This document shows, one piece after another, positions 1 through 10,977 of a DNA stretch of 64,000 nt. Under the pieces are notes generated by a model. That model did no database searches. It had not been told where the DNA came from and was given only the letters and a program-made list of their open reading frames with translations. Each line of letters starts with the position of its first letter. Within the stretch, counting starts at the first letter, position 1. The stretch is from Candidatus Bathyarchaeia archaeon (GTDB taxonomy: Archaea > Thermoproteota > Bathyarchaeia > Bathyarchaeales > Bathycorpusculaceae), in contig JBEKPM010000001.1 of NCBI GenBank assembly GCA_049520735.1, positions 22,510-86,509 on the forward strand. The letters are read 5' to 3'. A program made the translations under genes and the position numbers.

Positions 1-1
1 A

Positions 2-688
2 TCAATATCCTATGGTGAAGGATACTACATAGCACTTAACATTACAACGAACCCTGATGCCATAAAACCAATTCCAGACGCCAGAATAGAATACTACCTA
101 ATACAAGTCTACTCTGACCAAGGCCCAATTGAAAACTTCACCTACGCTATCAGCGCAAACTGCACAGGCACCGTTAACCCATACATCCAACTTGACTCAT
201 TCTACAATTACTGGGTCAATGCCAGCCTTCCGCCAAACCTCTTTAACGACAATAAGGTCTTACTGTTCCTGCCGAACTTTGACGGCACATTACCCGCCAC
301 ATTACCCGCCACCTATAATGCTTGGCAAGGTGAACCCACCTATACATTAACAGCCAAGAACCAAGCAATCTCTGGATTTAGCGAAAGCTTTTGGAACGGG
401 CAGTTTATTAAAGGAATAAACATGACTTCGACGAACAGCATCGTAAATAGCTTAACGAACCAAACCCTTGAACAGATCCAAGACATACAAAACGCTCAAT
501 CAATAACCATCAGCATAAGCAGAATAGGCTATGTTACAGTAGACGGCGACTCAACCACAGCAACCCCAGCAAGCGGCGTAATCCAACAAATACAGTTAAC
601 GCCATATAATGGTGGATTCCTCTACAACACCATCATACCGCAAGATCTAGTGTCGCAAACTGACCTGCAATCTCCAATCTTTCCATAG
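2..688 (+). CDS. 5'-truncated putative secreted protein (open from window edge; ORF track shows only its last 88 aa)
   Basis: Frame 2 is open from nt 2 to TAG at 688 (SISYGEGYYIALNITTNPDAIKPIPDARIEYYLIQVYSDQGPIENFTY...); contains a 12-bp tandem duplication (TLPA-TLPA) at about 286-312. Confidence 0.75.
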   Translation, partial: SISYGEGYYIALNITTNPDAIKPIPDARIEYYLIQVYSDQGPIENFTYAISANCTGTVNPYIQLDSFYNYWVNASLPPNLFNDNKVLLFLPNFDGTLPATLPATYNAWQGEPTYTLTAKNQAISGFSESFWNGQFIKGINMTSTNSIVNSLTNQTLEQIQDIQNAQSITISISRIGYVTVDGDSTTATPASGVIQQIQLTPYNGGFLYNTIIPQDLVSQTDLQSPIFP

Positions 689-710
689 AGCCCTTTAGGC
701 GGCGGCAGAC

Positions 711-1154
711 TTGGCTAACGATGAGCTCGAGGGTAACACATTAAACGTGTATGCATACATCGTCCACGAGGCTAAGCCTGTGGGAACAAGAGACGTCACC
801 AGAGGCGCGAACCTAAGCAGCACAAGCGTAGCACACAGGCACCTGCAGAAACTTGAAGACATGGGTTTAATCGAGAAAAACAGTTATGGCGATTTCATCT
901 TAAAGGAGAAAACAAACATCAACGGGCACGTGTGGGTCGGCAAAAACCTCGTACCCCGCTTGATGTTTTACTCCTTCTTTTTCCTGGGCGCTTTCGCCGC
1001 AGAAATAACATTAATACTGTTAAGCACCCTAATAAACGGTATAGTGATTCAGATCAGCTTCTATTTCTTAACAGGCATGACTGCAGTAGCGATGGTTCTC
1101 TTCTTAATTGAAGGAATACTGCTTTACAGAAAACTAAGCCCGAACCACACATGA
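711..1154 (+). CDS. Membrane-anchored winged-HTH transcription regulator
   Basis: N-terminal wHTH (GTRDVTRGANLSSTSVAHRHLQKLEDMGLI) followed by two hydrophobic helices. Confidence 0.8.
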   Translation: MANDELEGNTLNVYAYIVHEAKPVGTRDVTRGANLSSTSVAHRHLQKLEDMGLIEKNSYGDFILKEKTNINGHVWVGKNLVPRLMFYSFFFLGAFAAEITLILLSTLINGIVIQISFYFLTGMTAVAMVLFLIEGILLYRKLSPNHT

Positions 1155-1485
1155 AAAAGCAATAGGGTATGTGGGTAAAGAAGAGATCTTTCCGGTTGTT
1201 CTAGATTTTTTTGAACCAGTAAATTTTTGACATCAAGATAACAGACTGAATTCTGCTTACGGAGTAAACGGTTAGCATCAAAAACAGATTGCACAAATGG
1301 GGAAAATAACTATTGAGCGCCAATGTTGAGTTCAACATTACAGCGTTTGACGCTGCGTCCAGCGTGCTATGAAAATCGTTGGGTTAACTCGAGAAATTTT
1401 CATACCACTTCTATCGAAGCTTGCTTCATGAACTTTACCAGCAAAAAGATGCAGAGCGTGGGTCGGACCGGACTTACCCCCAAAA

Positions 1486-1618
1486 TCAGACTTTTGTAAA
1501 AACTCCAAGCAGTTTTAGAAAAATGCTCCATTTATCTCCAATTAGTTCACATTAATACCCGTACTTTACATATAGTACTCAATTTCTTGGCGGCGATTTG
1601 AGTTTTCACACAGCCTGA
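1486..1618. mobile_element. Possible MITE or internally deleted IS1182-like relic
   Basis: Imperfect terminal inverted repeats TCAGACTTTTGTAAAAACTC / GAGTTTTCACACAGCCTGA, similar to the IS ends at 11447-11465 and 14823-14840. Confidence 0.4.
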
Positions 1619-1681
1619 AATAGGTCTGGGTCCCCACCACGCGATTGCTACAAGTGATGATGTTTCGAATGCTGAGGATGC

Positions 1682-1730
1682 TCTAGAAACCCTGTTTTGA
1701 AACGTAGACTTAAGCTTTGCCAAAACAATA
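1682..1730 (+). pseudogene. Short relic of the 5' end of the IS5-like transposase
   Basis: ctagaaaccctgttttgaaacgtagacttaagctttgccaa closely matches about 10010-10051. Confidence 0.6.
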
Positions 1731-2087
1731 ATTGATAGCTGCTTTCACCTTCAAGGACCTTCCCTCGTCGATGATGTTTTGTCTCACTCGGAAAAAATTT
1801 TGAGGCAACCTGTTGTTTTTCCCACTAGACTTATAACAAATTCTAAGGATAAATACTATCCATGAAATGTAAGAACTGCGGGCACCTTATATCTCGTTAA
1901 ATGGATTGACACCAACCTTAAAAGACGCGAAAACAATGAAAGATTTGGGAATGTGTTTTGGTCGAAGAAGAAAGAACTAAGAAACCTAAACTTCCAAAGA
2001 AGCGACTGAAGAAAATCCTGAAAAAAGAAGCAGGTCGCCGTTGAAACAAATAAACGATATTTAAACATTAATTGGTTTTAGTGATGC

Positions 2088-2306
2088 TTGTTGGCGGATA
2101 AATCTGCGACAAAAAATAAGAAGAGTAAATTTCCAGTTAAGTTCTGTCCAAAATGCGGTTCACACGATGTGTTCTGGGCTGATGGCATGCCTCAACTCTG
2201 GTCGTTATGGCAGTGCAAAAACTGCCGTTACCGTGGAGCATTCATTCTTGAAGATGGCAATCTTGCCGAAAAGCTTCAAGAAGAATGGAAAAATAAAAAG
2301 CAGTAA
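2088..2306 (+). CDS. Small zinc-ribbon protein
   Basis: CPKC...CKNC motifs. Confidence 0.75.
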   Translation: MLADKSATKNKKSKFPVKFCPKCGSHDVFWADGMPQLWSLWQCKNCRYRGAFILEDGNLAEKLQEEWKNKKQ

Positions 2307-2706
2307 TGCTATACCCGTTTCAAGAACAATTTTTGCGAAGAATACATGAAGAAAAAGTTTGGAAGCCAAGTATAGAGTTCTAAGGCTCGGAAATAACTAT
2401 ATGGTCTTTGTTTTCTTCTACTGAGAATTTGTTCTTAAGAAATATCCTCATTGCTTGAAGGTCATATTTGCCTTTAATTTTCATTGATAGATATCTAATC
2501 TATGTTCAATACTGACTACAATAGGGCTTAACAAGCTGGTGAGTTCCTAACTCTTTTAGAAGAGCGACCGACTCTTCTCTATTCACTTGTTTCCCTCAAA
2601 GTGCTTATGGACGTACAAAGGTTATAGCACTTTGCTGAACAATTGCATAAATATAATTTTGATTCTTTGACAAATTTGCACGATAAAATATACTCCTGAA
2701 GACCTG

Positions 2707-3993
2707 CTAAGACGATTTTTTTCTAAACTTTAACACTGTGGCAGCAATCGCAACAGCAACTATGATGCTTGCTGCAGCCGCATAAAAGTAAACCGAATTT
2801 GCGTAAAACGGTGATGGAGCGGTTTGCTGAGGGTTAAGGGATGATGTGGGTATTAGTGCTGTATCGTTCCAATAGATGATGCTGTTGTATCCTGCATATT
2901 CAAGTGCTTGTGATGGGTAAACTATGTCTAGGTTGTTTCCGTCCATTTGCAAGAGTGTGGCGGCGCTCATGCCGATGTCAATAGTAAGTGAATCTGTGTT
3001 CCATAGCCCCCAGAGTTTGTCGTCTGGTCCTCGAAAACCGTAACCATAATTCTCAGGGAGGACATATGCTGTTCTGTCACTAACTGGAGTGATGGTTCTA
3101 GGGTTAGCTTGAACGTACTGCCAGAACTGCTTCATGGCGTCGAGCTGCCCTTGCTGGAGAACATTTTGAGTGAAGTTTGCGTTGCTATCAAACACGATGA
3201 TGTATTTTGCTCCATTTTCATATGCAACTAACATATCGCTATAAAGTGCTGGACCCGGCTCGATTTGCTGATTTTGCGTCAAAGTTATCATGACCCCCCA
3301 ATCCTCGTTGAAGGCGGTGGCTGCTCCTCTGCAAAGAGCAACATTCAGTTGTTGGCTATCATTCGTCCAGCCAGTTTCCCAGCCAAACTCTGTAAAGACC
3401 GTGTTATACCCTGCTTGGTAATCATACCAGTAAAGCCCATAGTCTGAGGTAAACAATTGATATTCTGTTGGGTAAGCAAATCTCTGGGCAATTGCGAAGG
3501 ACCCGTTGCGCAACAGCCGATTCATGATGTTAACGTAGCTTTCCGCTGCCTCACTATAGTTGGTCGCCGTAGTGACAATCGGATATTTGGCTTGGTCAAG
3601 TTGTTTTCCACCCTCTTCATCAAGGTAATAGATTCCTAGAAAACTGTCACCCCAATTGCCCTTTGCTTCTTGGAGCCATTGGCTTGAGGGATATCTGGGA
3701 TCATCGGAGTAAACTATGAAAGTTAAACCCTTGTTGTACACGTACTGGCTGATGACAGTGAGTCTCGTTAGATTATAGTTTCCAGTGCATCCGATTACGA
3801 AGAAATTTGTGTAAGAACTGACATTATCGATTAATTGTTCAGTTGCAGCTAGTCTTTCGAAGGCGACATCGACGCCAAAATACAGGTTAGGCGAAGATTG
3901 CGTAGTGGCCGCTTGGATTGTCTGCGTGCCGTTCAGGAAAAGTGGCAAAACCAGCAACGCAATGAGCAGAACTGTGAATTGCTTTAGTTTCAT
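2707..3993 (-). CDS. Secreted, C-terminally anchored protein (possible glycoside-hydrolase-like barrel)
   Basis: Signal peptide, YYLDEEGG motif, C-terminal TM plus KFRKK tail. Confidence 0.7.
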   Translation of the reverse strand: MKLKQFTVLLIALLVLPLFLNGTQTIQAATTQSSPNLYFGVDVAFERLAATEQLIDNVSSYTNFFVIGCTGNYNLTRLTVISQYVYNKGLTFIVYSDDPRYPSSQWLQEAKGNWGDSFLGIYYLDEEGGKQLDQAKYPIVTTATNYSEAAESYVNIMNRLLRNGSFAIAQRFAYPTEYQLFTSDYGLYWYDYQAGYNTVFTEFGWETGWTNDSQQLNVALCRGAATAFNEDWGVMITLTQNQQIEPGPALYSDMLVAYENGAKYIIVFDSNANFTQNVLQQGQLDAMKQFWQYVQANPRTITPVSDRTAYVLPENYGYGFRGPDDKLWGLWNTDSLTIDIGMSAATLLQMDGNNLDIVYPSQALEYAGYNSIIYWNDTALIPTSSLNPQQTAPSPFYANSVYFYAAAASIIVAVAIAATVLKFRKKSS

Positions 3994-4261
3994 TTAGTTT
4001 ATATGAAAAAATTTGTTAATCTAATAAGACTTTACCAAAAACAGTATACAGTAAATTAAACTGAATTACAGCTGAATTTGTTCCAAATATCAATAACAGA
4101 GTTTAATCAAGAAAACATTTTCATTTTATCTCAATAATCTTTCATCAATTTCTCCCATTTCTTATCTGTGGCGCACCGAAAACAATCGCTGATCAATGCG
4201 AACAGTTAGATCGTTTTCTTTTCCAAATTTTAGGAAAGAATCTAAAAAATTTTGGGGCTCT

Positions 4262-4335
4262 TGCTAAAGAGACGAAATCAAAAGTAATAGTCACCAAGGA
4301 CGGACCTTATCTCGTGAGCGGCGGTTTGCCTTTGA
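4262..4335 (+). pseudogene. N-terminal fragment of a CDGSH Fe-S domain protein
   Basis: Translates as KETKSKVIVTKDGPYLVSGGLPL, the typical start of this family, then degenerates. Confidence 0.5.
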
Positions 4336-4373
4336 TTCGAAGTTGCCTTGGTGTTGATTTCTTGTTAAATTTA

Positions 4374-4413
4374 GGGATTCGCTTAAATAATTAAGCGAGT
4401 CCCAGCGGACCCG
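4374..4413. repeat. Palindromic site, copy 1 (degenerate copy at 4441-4472)
   Basis: GGGATTCGCTTAA-ATAA-TTAAGCGAGTCCC followed by AGCGGACCCG. Confidence 0.85.
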
Positions 4414-4608
4414 ACAATCTTATCTCCCATCAAAAAATGAGGATTCGCTTAATATTTTAAGCACATCCCAGCTGCTCCGCTGGGATCGACTCGGACGGCA
4501 AACATCCAGCTTGGAACTAACTAAACACCTTAAAATGCTGTTCTAAGAGAAATTGTTTTTATCCTTCCATGGAACTATAAATTATGAACTAATTGTAAGG
4601 GTGACATT

Positions 4609-5397
4609 ATGCATTCTCTCAAAATTATGGTCGCAGCTTTTCTCGTATTAACCGTTTTGGCTTTTGCAGGAACCAGTTTTGCGCTTACCTACGGGCCATC
4701 TAATGGTTATGTACAATACAAAATTACTGCAAGCGGTACATCTGGCTTTTTCCAGTCTGTCAGCGGATTCGTTAATGAATCTGCCCAACCTACTGGTCAA
4801 ACGGATTTCGTAAACCTCACCCTGGGCATATCCTCCACTGCGGAAAACTTTACTTACTCCAGAGATGTTAACACCACTTCTCTGCCAGAAATCTTCCCAT
4901 ACTTACCTGAAATTACAAACCAGTCCCTATCTTATCAAGCTCAAGGAGTCTCCATTAGCGCAAACCTAATTAATGAAGGGCAGACAGCTGTCACGTTTAA
5001 TGGCGTTATTTATCAAGCAACAAAATTTCTCGTCTCTTTCTCAGCGGTAGATTCCTCCAATGCCCTATCTTTTTCGGGGAATGGCACCATAATCAGCATG
5101 CCATCGGGTTTAATCGACACTGTTCAATTCTCGCTAAATCAAACGGCATCAATCAACGCAACGCTCTTATCAACAAATCTTTCGCTTGACGCTCCAGCAA
5201 GCAGCATAAACCCTGTAGGTGTCTCAGTACTCGGCTCCGCCTTAGTAGTGGCAGTTGCAATTGCAGCCCCAACAATCTACAAGAGAGAGAAGAATAAAGG
5301 GCACGAAGAGCAAACTCGGGAAAATGAAAATAAAACTGGCCAAGAAAGCGACACGAAGCAAGAGGACGAGAAGAAGCCTTCCTTCTGGGTTGACTAA
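4609..5397 (+). CDS. Secreted, membrane-anchored protein upstream of ABC transporter
   Basis: Signal peptide, S/T/N-rich ectodomain, TM, charged tail ending KPSFWVD. Confidence 0.8.
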   Translation: MHSLKIMVAAFLVLTVLAFAGTSFALTYGPSNGYVQYKITASGTSGFFQSVSGFVNESAQPTGQTDFVNLTLGISSTAENFTYSRDVNTTSLPEIFPYLPEITNQSLSYQAQGVSISANLINEGQTAVTFNGVIYQATKFLVSFSAVDSSNALSFSGNGTIISMPSGLIDTVQFSLNQTASINATLLSTNLSLDAPASSINPVGVSVLGSALVVAVAIAAPTIYKREKNKGHEEQTRENENKTGQESDTKQEDEKKPSFWVD

Positions 5398-5447
5398 CGC
5401 TGCAACAACGCAACGAGCGTTATTTATCCTCAAACAGAAAGCTTTAG

Positions 5448-6437
5448 GTGGAAATCGTCACGGCTAACTCTTCGGAAGTAATTGAGCTCAACGGAGTTGT
5501 GAAAGATTATGGCAGCAAGCGGATTGGCCCAGCAAATCTCACAATCGAAAAAGGGGAGATTGTGGGGTTTCTCGGCCCCAACGGATCAGGAAAAACAACC
5601 TGCATCAGGCTAATCTTAGGCTTAATCAGGCCAACCTCAGGTACAGTCAAAGTCAACGGATTTGACCCTATCGCCAATCATGTTGAAGCGTTAAAACACG
5701 TGGCGTATTCTCCTGAACTGCCTAACATACAGACCTTCCTAAGCCCAAGAGAACTTCTTAATTTAATTTCTCATGAGCTTTATTTCCAAGATAATAAAAG
5801 CCGAAACAGTGAGATAGATCGAGTGATTGAACTGGTTGGTTTACATGATTACGCTGAAACGAAGGTTGGCAAACTCAGCAAAGGGATGGTTCAAAGACTC
5901 AGCGTTGCCCAAGCCCTAATTGGCTCACCAGAAACTTTGATTCTAGATGAACCAATGATAGGTTTAGATCCTGCTGGAGTAGCACATTTTAGGGATGTTT
6001 TCAGGGACTTCGCATCTCATGGGAAAGGTACAGTTTTCATGTCCTCACATATTATGAGCGAAGTAGAATCGCTTTGTACCTCAGTGGCAATAATTCACCA
6101 TGGGAAAATACTGTTCAAAGGGTCAATAGATGAAGTAGTTGGAGAAGTGTTAGATTACTCTCTTGTTGAACTGGAGACTAGCCCTTTGTCGTCTCAAACG
6201 ATTCAGCAATTAAAAGAGATTCCAGAAATAACTCAAGTCAAACTAGTGGAAAGCGGCAAAATGGATACGACAGCTATCGAAATTACGGTCTGCGAACAGG
6301 ACCGGGACATTAGACCATTAATCGCTGATATCGTAGTCAAGTCAGGCGCCAAACTCTACACCATCAAGCAAGGTGAGAACATGCTTGAGAAGGCTTACAT
6401 AGAAGCGCTTAAGGAAACGAAAGGTGGCAAACTTTGA
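5448..6437 (+). CDS. ABC-2 type transporter ATP-binding protein
   Basis: GPNGSGKTT Walker A, LSKGM signature, ILDEP Walker B, SSH switch. Confidence 0.95.
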   Translation: MEIVTANSSEVIELNGVVKDYGSKRIGPANLTIEKGEIVGFLGPNGSGKTTCIRLILGLIRPTSGTVKVNGFDPIANHVEALKHVAYSPELPNIQTFLSPRELLNLISHELYFQDNKSRNSEIDRVIELVGLHDYAETKVGKLSKGMVQRLSVAQALIGSPETLILDEPMIGLDPAGVAHFRDVFRDFASHGKGTVFMSSHIMSEVESLCTSVAIIHHGKILFKGSIDEVVGEVLDYSLVELETSPLSSQTIQQLKEIPEITQVKLVESGKMDTTAIEITVCEQDRDIRPLIADIVVKSGAKLYTIKQGENMLEKAYIEALKETKGGKL

Positions 6438-7282
6438 AACGCGCTGAAGTCATTTTCACTTTTGCCCGTTACGAAATCAAGCGTGCGATCGCACGGAAAA
6501 AAGTTTTGGCTCTTGTTGCTTTCACGATACTTTTGAGCGTACTTCCATATTACGCTTTGTCCCAAGCGGGAACTAACTTGATCCCGACAGAGGTCTACCC
6601 GTATCTTTGGGTTTTGGCAGTGCTCTTGGTTGGCCCTCTTTTCTTAAACTTCACGGCAATCCTGATAGCTGCAGGATCCATGTCAGAAGAATACGAGCAG
6701 GGCACCGCAGAACTCCTTTTGTCAAAACCAGTAAGAAGAAGCGACTACATAGCGGGAAAATTCCTCGGAGGGTATCTTCTGTTCCTTTTTATTCTTACTT
6801 TAACTCTTGTTTTATCCATCGCGTCAGCTTTCACTTTTTTTGGAGCACAAAACAATCTTTATCTAATTCCTGGATTATTCATAGCTCAAGCCTTTAGCTC
6901 GCTGTTATTCTTCTCTTTGGCTTTCATGCTTGGAGAACTAATTAGACGCTCTTCTCTTGCCTACATTTTCTCGTCAGCGGTTTTCTTTTCAAGTTACATT
7001 ATAAGCGTTTTTTTGAACGCAATCTTTAGGGCAACGGGTAAAGAAGTCTACAAAACCGTTCAGATGTATCTTCCAACTTCTGCAGCAGGCTCGCTTCCTA
7101 CTCAATATGCTTTGCCGAGGCTTCCCTCCACATTATCTGCAGCCCTTACCTCCTTTAGCACTTCAACTTCTGTATCCACGATTAACCTGTCAATTGAAAT
7201 CCTGCTTGTTTACACGATAGTAAGCATCGCAATCGCCGTAGCCTACTTCTTGCGCGCCGACATTTCAAGGAAACTGAGCTAA
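6434..7282 (+). CDS. ABC-2 type permease
   Basis: About 6 TM helices, EYEQGTAELLLSKPVRR...GKFLG motif; overlaps ATPase stop. Confidence 0.92.
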   Translation: MKRAEVIFTFARYEIKRAIARKKVLALVAFTILLSVLPYYALSQAGTNLIPTEVYPYLWVLAVLLVGPLFLNFTAILIAAGSMSEEYEQGTAELLLSKPVRRSDYIAGKFLGGYLLFLFILTLTLVLSIASAFTFFGAQNNLYLIPGLFIAQAFSSLLFFSLAFMLGELIRRSSLAYIFSSAVFFSSYIISVFLNAIFRATGKEVYKTVQMYLPTSAAGSLPTQYALPRLPSTLSAALTSFSTSTSVSTINLSIEILLVYTIVSIAIAVAYFLRADISRKLS

Positions 7283-7354
7283 GCTGAGGGTTCAACCAGG
7301 GTACATATTTATCCAAGCTTGCCCGTTCTTTGTTATTCCTTACCACAAAGTTAA

Positions 7355-7392
7355 GATTCGCTTAAATAATTAAGCGAGTCCCACCGGACCCG
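7355..7392. repeat. Palindromic site, copy 2
   Basis: GATTCGCTTAAATAATTAAGCGAGTCCCACCGGACCCG, near-identical to 4376-4413 and in direct orientation. Confidence 0.85.
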
Positions 7393-7755
7393 CACCCTAT
7401 ATAATTAAACAGTATGGGGGTTCCAAAGGTAATGGTTCTGCTAAAGCTTACGTTTTCTAAAGATCTTTGATCGATGGAACTCCGACGTATTCAAAGCCAT
7501 TGACTTACAATTCGGGCAAACATCATTATCTATCATATGTTCACATCCAGTTTGCTTGGGCAGGGTCCAACTTGAACCAAAAACTTGTTTCAGCATGGCT
7601 TATTGCGTTAATATTAGGACATAAAAGCATTCTTTGAGTATCTGTTTACTTGTTTCAATTTCAATGCGCCGAGGAAGCTTGCATTCAAGACACAAAACCA
7701 TATAATCGTAAATCTTTTAAGCATATGCACTCAAGTTTTACGAAAAGGTGAAAGA

Positions 7756-8877
7756 ATGCAGCAAAGCGGAATAAAGAAGTTGAGAGTTGGCTACATCCTA
7801 CTGGTCATCTTCTTTTTCTGCGCTTTTGCATTGTTGACTCACCCAACTCAAGCCGCGAACACAGTGTCAACAACCATAACCGTGGGAAACGAGCCCGACA
7901 GCGTTGCTATAGCGCCCAACAGCTTACACGCCTATGTTGGGCATTACGTCAATGGTTCGATGTCAGTTATAGACCTATCAACGAGCTCGATCACGGCGGA
8001 GGTGCCCCTTGGAAGCCATCCTGGCGATGTCACTGTAACGCCAAACGGCCTATACGTTTATGCTACGAACAGCGGGAGTAATTCGGTTTCGGTGATAAGC
8101 ACTACTTCGAATTCACTGATAGCAACTATACCCGTTGGAAGCTACCCTGTTGGCGTAGCCATAACGCCTGACGGCAAATACGTCTACATAGCAAATGAAG
8201 TCAGCAATTCAGTCTCAGTCATAAATACAGCCACAAACTCGGTGACGACAACGATACTGGGTTTAAGCGATGCTTGGGGTGTGGCCATAGCGCATAACGG
8301 CGCATATGTCTATGTTACTGATGCAGGCAGCCGTTCGGTCTCAGTCATAAACACAGCGTCCAACACGGTGACAGCGACGATAACAGTTGGAACCGAACCT
8401 TTCGGCGTGGCTATTACACCCAACGGCAAAAACGTCTACGTGGTTAATAACATCAACGATTCGGTCTCAGTTATAAACACAACTACCAACACAGTCACGG
8501 CAACGATAATTGTGGGAAGGGGACCTGGCAATGTGGCTGTAACGCCAGACGGAAAATACGCGTATGTCACAAATGAATTCAGCCAGTCCCTCTCAGTAAT
8601 AGACACAGCTACGAACGAAGTCACGGCAACGGTAAACCTAAAAGGAAATCCCGACGCGATAACTGTAGCCCCCAATGGCTCACATGTCTACGTTACAATC
8701 GGAAACAGCGGTACAGTCGTAGTAATAGACACAGCGACGGAACCAGCAACGAACGGGCTTATCAGCGCGTTAGACTTGGCCATATTGGTAATAGTTATCG
8801 TCGTAGTGGTTTTCCTCATTGTTATTGCTTTATACAGAAACAGCAAGAGAAGAACTATTTTAAGCCAGGCAACGTAA
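7756..8877 (+). CDS. YVTN/YncE-type beta-propeller surface protein
   Basis: About 7 repeats of VAITPDGKYVYV.N..S.SVSVINT; signal peptide and C-terminal TM. Confidence 0.92.
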   Translation: MQQSGIKKLRVGYILLVIFFFCAFALLTHPTQAANTVSTTITVGNEPDSVAIAPNSLHAYVGHYVNGSMSVIDLSTSSITAEVPLGSHPGDVTVTPNGLYVYATNSGSNSVSVISTTSNSLIATIPVGSYPVGVAITPDGKYVYIANEVSNSVSVINTATNSVTTTILGLSDAWGVAIAHNGAYVYVTDAGSRSVSVINTASNTVTATITVGTEPFGVAITPNGKNVYVVNNINDSVSVINTTTNTVTATIIVGRGPGNVAVTPDGKYAYVTNEFSQSLSVIDTATNEVTATVNLKGNPDAITVAPNGSHVYVTIGNSGTVVVIDTATEPATNGLISALDLAILVIVIVVVVFLIVIALYRNSKRRTILSQAT

Positions 8878-8933
8878 AAGACTTTCACTATTTCTTTTTT
8901 AAATCACTCGACAGACTTTTGTGCGTATTATCA

Positions 8934-8967
8934 GGCATCTTCCCACAGATGGCATCTTCCCACAGAT
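8934..8967. repeat. Perfect 17-bp tandem duplication
   Basis: GGCATCTTCCCACAGAT x2. Confidence 0.9.
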
Positions 8968-9385
8968 CCTGCGCCAATCAGTTGATAGATTACCACTGAA
9001 TTTAAAACTTGCTTATGAGGCAATACATTGAAGAGAACTTGACCAAATACGCCAAAGGAAAAAAATGGGTTTTTCGAGTGATGCCTCAAGGGCATAAGGG
9101 GTTCAAATCCCACCAGTCCATGATAAAATCTGAACCTCTTAGGGTATGGATACGTCTCAATCGATTTTGGGTTCAAATCCATAGAGTCTAATCGATTTCG
9201 GTTCGAATCACTTTCCCAGAGCGCTTTAGGGGTTTTATTACCATTTTCTAAAAAACAATCAGATGGGTGATACGTTAGGGACTTGGGGGTTTGCTGAGGC
9301 TCTGGAAACTAAAGGAAGAAAATTTCTTTTTAGGAGAATAAAGAAAATGTCAATTCTTCAATTGCAGCTATTTTGAATGTAACCA

Positions 9386-9632
9386 GAGCCTTAATCTCTC
9401 TCTAAATCTGAGAAGGTATTCCCAATCTTTCTAATATTTTAAAAGTAATCCTGATATGAATGTTTTAGAAGAGACCTTAGATTTAAAAAACTATAAAATA
9501 AACAAAGAGAAAACCTGAAGGGAATAAAGATGATGAAAAAACAATCAACGCTTTTCCCAGAAAATGAAGTCACAGTAATATCAGAACTGGACCTAAAGGA
9601 AGCTGAAAAGATCGCGGCTCAAGTCAAAGCCG
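9386..9632 (+). pseudogene. Upstream region and N-terminal fragment of polX (copy of 48317-48563)
   Basis: Encodes MMKKQSTLFPENEVTVISELDLKEAEKIAAQVK, identical to the start of the 48461 ORF, then diverges; about 140 nt of upstream DNA also conserved. Confidence 0.9.
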
Positions 9633-9900
9633 CAGGAAAACTCGCTAAGTGCTGGAAACAACCCTTAGAATGCGAGAGTCCTTCCCGCAGACTATTCTTT
9701 CCTTTGCAGGATTTTTTCGAGTCGCCTCTTGTAATCAGAGACAAAATTCTCGCCGTAGACGTCTCCATCGTGACCCAGCTCAAGAAGTAGCTGACTACAA
9801 GAAGCTAGAAAAAACCCTTGTCCCAATCGATAAGAGAGTATAATGGAGGAATCAGCATGCAAGGAAATGAAGACAGTCTAGTAGTTTTATGGCGCGCTGG

Positions 9901-10977
9901 CTTGTCCCAAAATTAATTAATGTTTATTTTTGAGTCGGGGTCTCGTATTTTTTGAGAAACGTCCAAGCTTAGGAGGTGACCCCAAGCGGGACAAGATGAA
10001 CACGAGACCCTAGAAACCCTCTTTCGAAACGTGGACTTAAGCTTTGCCAAGAACATTGCACAGACGGTCCTGGAAGACCTCCAAGAAACCCTCTGGGCAT
10101 TTTCAGAACGTTCATCGTTATGCGTATGAAGGGCGTTCGCAGCCTAAGAGAAATGACACGGCTCCTTGACGTTGACCAACGATTGAGGAGAATATGCCTG
10201 CTAAAGACAGACGAAGCAGCTTATTCTAGAAGCGTACTGAGCAGGTTCACCAGAAAAATCGGAGAAGACAACCTCAACAAAATAATCGACGAGAAAGTCG
10301 TCTCGCTCCTCAAGATCAACCAGGCAAAAGAGGTTGACGTCGTGTTGGATGCTTCCTTCATCAAGGCCTGGAGCACAAGAGATCCTCAAGACAACCAGAC
10401 AGGCTACTCAGACCCTGAAGCACGGGTCGGCAGAACGGGCAGAACATTTGGATTAGGCTGCAAGCTTCATTTATCCATAGATTCCAAGACGATGCTTCCT
10501 CTGTCATGCACGTTTGCTTCTGCAAACCAAAATGAGAAGAAACACTCATTAACAATCCTAGAGAAGGCAAAGCGGGTTCTGAAGAGTTCTGGAACCAAAC
10601 TGCGAAGTGTAGTTGCGGACAGCCAGTACAGCGACTCCAAATTGAGAATGGCCGTTGACAAATCAGTGATTCCTTACCCGGCGAACCAGAGGAAAAGCGC
10701 TGAAGACGTTTTGCGTGTGGACAAGAAATTTAGGACTTACGGGCCTGAAGACCAAAGGGAAGAGTATCATAAGCGGCCTCCGATTGAGGCGGTGAACAGC
10801 TTCTTGAAGACCCAGTACAACATGGCTGTGAACAAGGTCAGAGGTTTAAAGCAAGTAGCTTCCTATGCATTGTTTAGCGTACTTTGTCTGGTTCTTAACA
10901 GGGAAGCAGCCGTAAACATTGGACGTTCGGATAAGGCAGTGTCACCAACGTACTTCAACACGTAATATCGGGACAAG
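9901..10977 (+). mobile_element. IS5/IS4-like insertion sequence; transposase probably frameshifted near 10060
   Basis: TIRs CTTGTCCCAAAATTA / TAATATCGGGACAAG; DDE ORF 10120-10965 (LDAS, ADSQY, R..IE..N); the 5' segment (ETLETLFRNVDLSFAK) is in a different frame from GPGRPPRNPL. Confidence 0.88.

Noticed and set aside
9530-9843. ORFs 9530-9790 and 9649-9843 as real genes
   Set aside because: The first is a polX N-terminus fused to unrelated sequence; the second has no recognisable start context or motif
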